Assembly: GCA_963667015.2 (NCBI GenBank)
Contig: CAXXJJ010000004.1
Span: 768,001-832,000, forward strand
Source of the DNA: Desulfatiglandales bacterium
Lineage (GTDB): Bacteria > Desulfobacterota > DSM-4660 > Desulfatiglandales > HGW-15
DNA: 64,000 bases
Direction of reading: 5' to 3'
Part shown: one piece after another, positions 61,355 to 64,000 of the stretch
How the letters are laid out: the number at the start of each line of letters is the position of its first letter
How positions within the stretch are numbered: the stretch's first letter is position 1
Notes under the pieces: model-generated
Told to the model about the DNA's origin: nothing
The model's input: the letters and a program-made list of their open reading frames with translations, nothing else
The model's database searches: none
Program-made: the position numbers and the translations under genes

Positions 61355-62518
61355 CTATTTATTTCCTTTTGCTCGGTTGTGTGTTTTGCATAGCATCTGA
61401 CAGTTGTTTATATCAGTTGCGCCTCCTTTGCTCCAAGCGGTTACATGATCAGCGTCCATTTCATTTGATTTCCATATTTTGTTTTTGTTTGAATCATGAC
61501 CTATTGAACAATATGGACAGTTTGATATACCTTTTTTCTCAGCTTCCTTTGTTTGTTTCGAGTATACAGATTTTTTTGTTGCATCATTAAAAACTCGAAC
61601 ATCAAGTAATTTGGTATCATTAGAATCGCCAAGAATATATTCAAAAATACCTTTATGATTATTTATGTATGGGTCGCCATAGAGTTTTTGTACTTCTGAT
61701 GATACCTTTTTGGGGTCGTATGCTTTCTTATGATATGTTTCATACAGTCGCCCCCATTCAAGTCCGCACATCTCTTTTTCTACATCACTAAATACAGCCG
61801 AAACCCAATCTATGACACTTGTGAAGTAAGTTTTTAACTCACTTATGTTATTGTCATAGCGATGTCTGCTCATGTAATCAATTATGTTGCCTTTACTAAC
61901 CCAGTCCAATGCCTTCTCTAAAAACGCTTGCCGGTTTACACTGCCTTTTATGTACGCACTCCATTTTTGTATATTGGCGTTCTGACTGTTACTGAACTCT
62001 GCTTTTGCAAGCGTTACAAAAGGTCCAGAAAAAATAGAATTATTTAACTCCTGGTCGTTTAGAGGAACGCCAGCTATATTTATGGTACGAAACCAGTTTT
62101 TTATATCACTTTCTTCACCCTCGCACTCGTAAATAGTGAGTTTCGCTTCTAAGATTTTAGACTTTTTGTCTGCTGCAATACCATCAAAGTATTGCTCCAT
62201 ACCGTTTTCATCTTTGATGGCAAATTTATTGGTAACATACCGCCCGAAGCTCGTAATACGCTGTTGGCCATCCAAAATTTCAAATTCATCATCACTAACT
62301 TTTACGAAATATATTAATCCCAACGGGTAACCTTTGAGTAGCGAATCTATTACAGCTACATCTTTTTTTCCGTCTGCATAGATATAATTACGCTGGTATT
62401 CCGGTTGTATGGTAAGTTTTCCCGAAAGTCCAAACAGTCCTTTCCCTTCAAGCTCATTGTAAACAAAACCTTCGCATATATCTTTTACTGTGATGTCAGT
62501 TTTTAAGGTAGTCTTCAC
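61355..62518 (-). CDS. DUF262 (ParB/GmrS-like) plus C-terminal HNH nuclease
   Basis: QPEYQRNY, ILDGQQRITS, FRTINIAGVPL; CPYC..DADHVTAWSKGG..NCQMLCKTHNRAKG. Confidence 0.88.
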   Translation of the reverse strand: MKTTLKTDITVKDICEGFVYNELEGKGLFGLSGKLTIQPEYQRNYIYADGKKDVAVIDSLLKGYPLGLIYFVKVSDDEFEILDGQQRITSFGRYVTNKFAIKDENGMEQYFDGIAADKKSKILEAKLTIYECEGEESDIKNWFRTINIAGVPLNDQELNNSIFSGPFVTLAKAEFSNSQNANIQKWSAYIKGSVNRQAFLEKALDWVSKGNIIDYMSRHRYDNNISELKTYFTSVIDWVSAVFSDVEKEMCGLEWGRLYETYHKKAYDPKKVSSEVQKLYGDPYINNHKGIFEYILGDSNDTKLLDVRVFNDATKKSVYSKQTKEAEKKGISNCPYCSIGHDSNKNKIWKSNEMDADHVTAWSKGGATDINNCQMLCKTHNRAKGNK

Positions 62519-63768
62519 TTTGTGTCTCCCTTATGTCTAATAAATAGTCTTTGGTATGCAGACTGAATAATTCTACCTTTTTTATTAATGAAATAGTTTT
62601 TCTTACCATCATTACCTAATAAGTTAGCATTTTCGTTTGTTTTACCACCAGAAGAACCAGTTTTCTGACCATTTTGTTTGACTTCCCAATAATCATCATA
62701 CTTTTTTGTATCAGGTACTTCATCGTGACATCCACGTTGTGTAGCACCTAATATTTCAAATTGATCGGGGTTGTATTTGTCTAAAAAGGTGATTGGCACA
62801 CCCATCACGCCATCATAATCGTTGGGGATAGCATCGACATAAGGAACTTCAATTGCATCGTAATTATCATATTTTTGATATTTTGTCCCTTTGACATTCT
62901 TATGGGAGCTAAACTTAATATTATCACTCATGGTCATTAGTGGCAATGGCTGGTGTCTTTTGCCATGGTCAATATTAGTAAACCAAAGACAGTTATTAGT
63001 AGCAACTATTCGATTCCCTTCCTCATCAATTCGAGCTTCCGTTCCATACAACTCATATGACTCAGGGACAATAAAACCAGAGATCCACCGACCCATTCCA
63101 GTACCGAGCCAGATTTTGTTATCTTTAATTAAAGGAAAAATTTCTTTATATGTAATGGCATTAATATTGCCGATGATTAAGAATTTTTTATCATAATCAA
63201 TAAGTTGTTTAAAATACGAACGAAACAGGCTAAAAGGCGGATTTGTTATTACAAAGTCGGATTGTTTTAATAAAGATATGGATTCGTCACTGCGAAAATC
63301 GCCATCGCCGTCTAATGGTGTCCATTCATTGTTTTTGTTGTTCTTTAGCTGTAATGCCACATCTTTCAAACTAAATTCACCATCGCCATCTATGTCTCCA
63401 ACTTCATTAATAATAAATTTGTTGGCAGTTATCTTAGGTCGGCCTTTTAATTTTGGAAGAGTCTTGTCATCACCAAACAATTTTAATTGCGTATTGGCAA
63501 TAGGCGAAGGTTTGTAACTGGTGGTAATAAGTCGTTTCAATCCAATTCTTTCAAAGTTCAATACGAAATAACGAAAAAAATTGCTCTCGAATGGGTCATC
63601 ACAATTACAATACACAACTCTATCTCGAAAGACATCAGGATTATATTCTAAATACTTTTCAATTTCTTTCTGGATATCACTATATTGCGTATAGAATTCA
63701 TCACTTTTTGATTTTTTAGCTTTATGTAATAATTTGTTTGTTGCATTTCTTGCCATGCTTAATTCCAA
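62515..63768 (-). CDS. Adenine-specific DNA methyltransferase, M.EcoRI family (start probably MARNAT, 63756)
   Basis: KSDEFYTQ, VYCNCDDP..SNFF, GDGDFRS, ITNPPFSLFR, YDGVMGVPITFLDKYNPDQFEI. Confidence 0.88.
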   Translation of the reverse strand: MELSMARNATNKLLHKAKKSKSDEFYTQYSDIQKEIEKYLEYNPDVFRDRVVYCNCDDPFESNFFRYFVLNFERIGLKRLITTSYKPSPIANTQLKLFGDDKTLPKLKGRPKITANKFIINEVGDIDGDGEFSLKDVALQLKNNKNNEWTPLDGDGDFRSDESISLLKQSDFVITNPPFSLFRSYFKQLIDYDKKFLIIGNINAITYKEIFPLIKDNKIWLGTGMGRWISGFIVPESYELYGTEARIDEEGNRIVATNNCLWFTNIDHGKRHQPLPLMTMSDNIKFSSHKNVKGTKYQKYDNYDAIEVPYVDAIPNDYDGVMGVPITFLDKYNPDQFEILGATQRGCHDEVPDTKKYDDYWEVKQNGQKTGSSGGKTNENANLLGNDGKKNYFINKKGRIIQSAYQRLFIRHKGDTK

Positions 63769-63775
63769 TTTTCAT

Positions 63776-63836
63776 GTTTAACAAGTTATTCTAAAAGAAC
63801 CTAATATTTTCACATTTTGAATGTTATATAGAAAGA
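63776..63836 (-). other. attI-like cassette insertion site 2
   Basis: GTTAAAC (GTTRRRY) core just before the methylase start; similar to 33222-33281. Confidence 0.6.
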
Positions 63837-64000
63837 TCGTTAATTAAAAATGAGATAAGTAAACTTTATTTGCCATAGATAAGGGTTATATTCAAGTAAA
63901 GATTGCCCAATAAGCCGTAATTTCACATAATTTATAATTACGTATATCTGCTACTGATACCAACTTCCCATATTTTTAAAATATATTATGAATATTAGAG

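Larger units (their letters stand above)
21260..64000 (-). mobile_element. Lambda-like prophage integrated at the tRNA-Sec 3' end; right end beyond window; possibly defective
   Basis: Integrase abuts the tRNA; xis, CI/Ner, lysis, tape measure, capsid E, decoration, S49 protease, lambda portal, gpW. No attR copy or terminase seen, so assigning 56.3-64 kb to the phage is inferred. Confidence 0.88.

Noticed and set aside
21281..64000. attR duplicate of the tRNA-Sec 3' end, and terminase genes
   Set aside because: Not found by eye in the window; presumed beyond 64 kb, so the right boundary is not called.

Overview
The window has two parts. (1) 1-21.2 kb is ordinary chromosome of what looks like an anaerobic Desulfobacterota/deltaproteobacterium (lineage is my inference): AmpG-like permease, stand-alone fusA, beta-oxidation genes, aldo-keto reductase, HNH nuclease, glgB-glgP-glgC, asd, tRNA-Sec. 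(2) From the 3' end of tRNA-Sec (~21.28 kb) to the window edge lies a lambda-like prophage; terminase and attR were not found and probably lie beyond 64 kb. It has int/xis, an early operon with a full-length DnaA homologue and a degenerate beta-clamp-like protein, a CI/Ner switch, cargo, lysis, tail and head genes. It may be defective: an ISAzo13 element splits a tail gene and the tape measure is frameshifted. Most unusual signals: (a) two similar attI-like sites 30 kb apart, each heading an attC-terminated integron-type cassette (a membrane-anchored tail-collar protein; an M.EcoRI-like methylase plus DUF262-HNH nuclease), with no integron integrase in view; (b) three promoter-hairpin small-RNA-like units sharing a GAAAGGTC...GGCCTTTC stem that recurs as a terminator in front of the head operon; (c) phage-borne DnaA plus clamp-like gene; (d) mini-repeats (heptamer tandems, GTAG-REPs, T-shaped palindromes) at almost every virion-gene junction; (e) a five-gene RIT element with readable ends and a 6-bp flanking repeat. 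All family calls come from motif recognition, not database searches.
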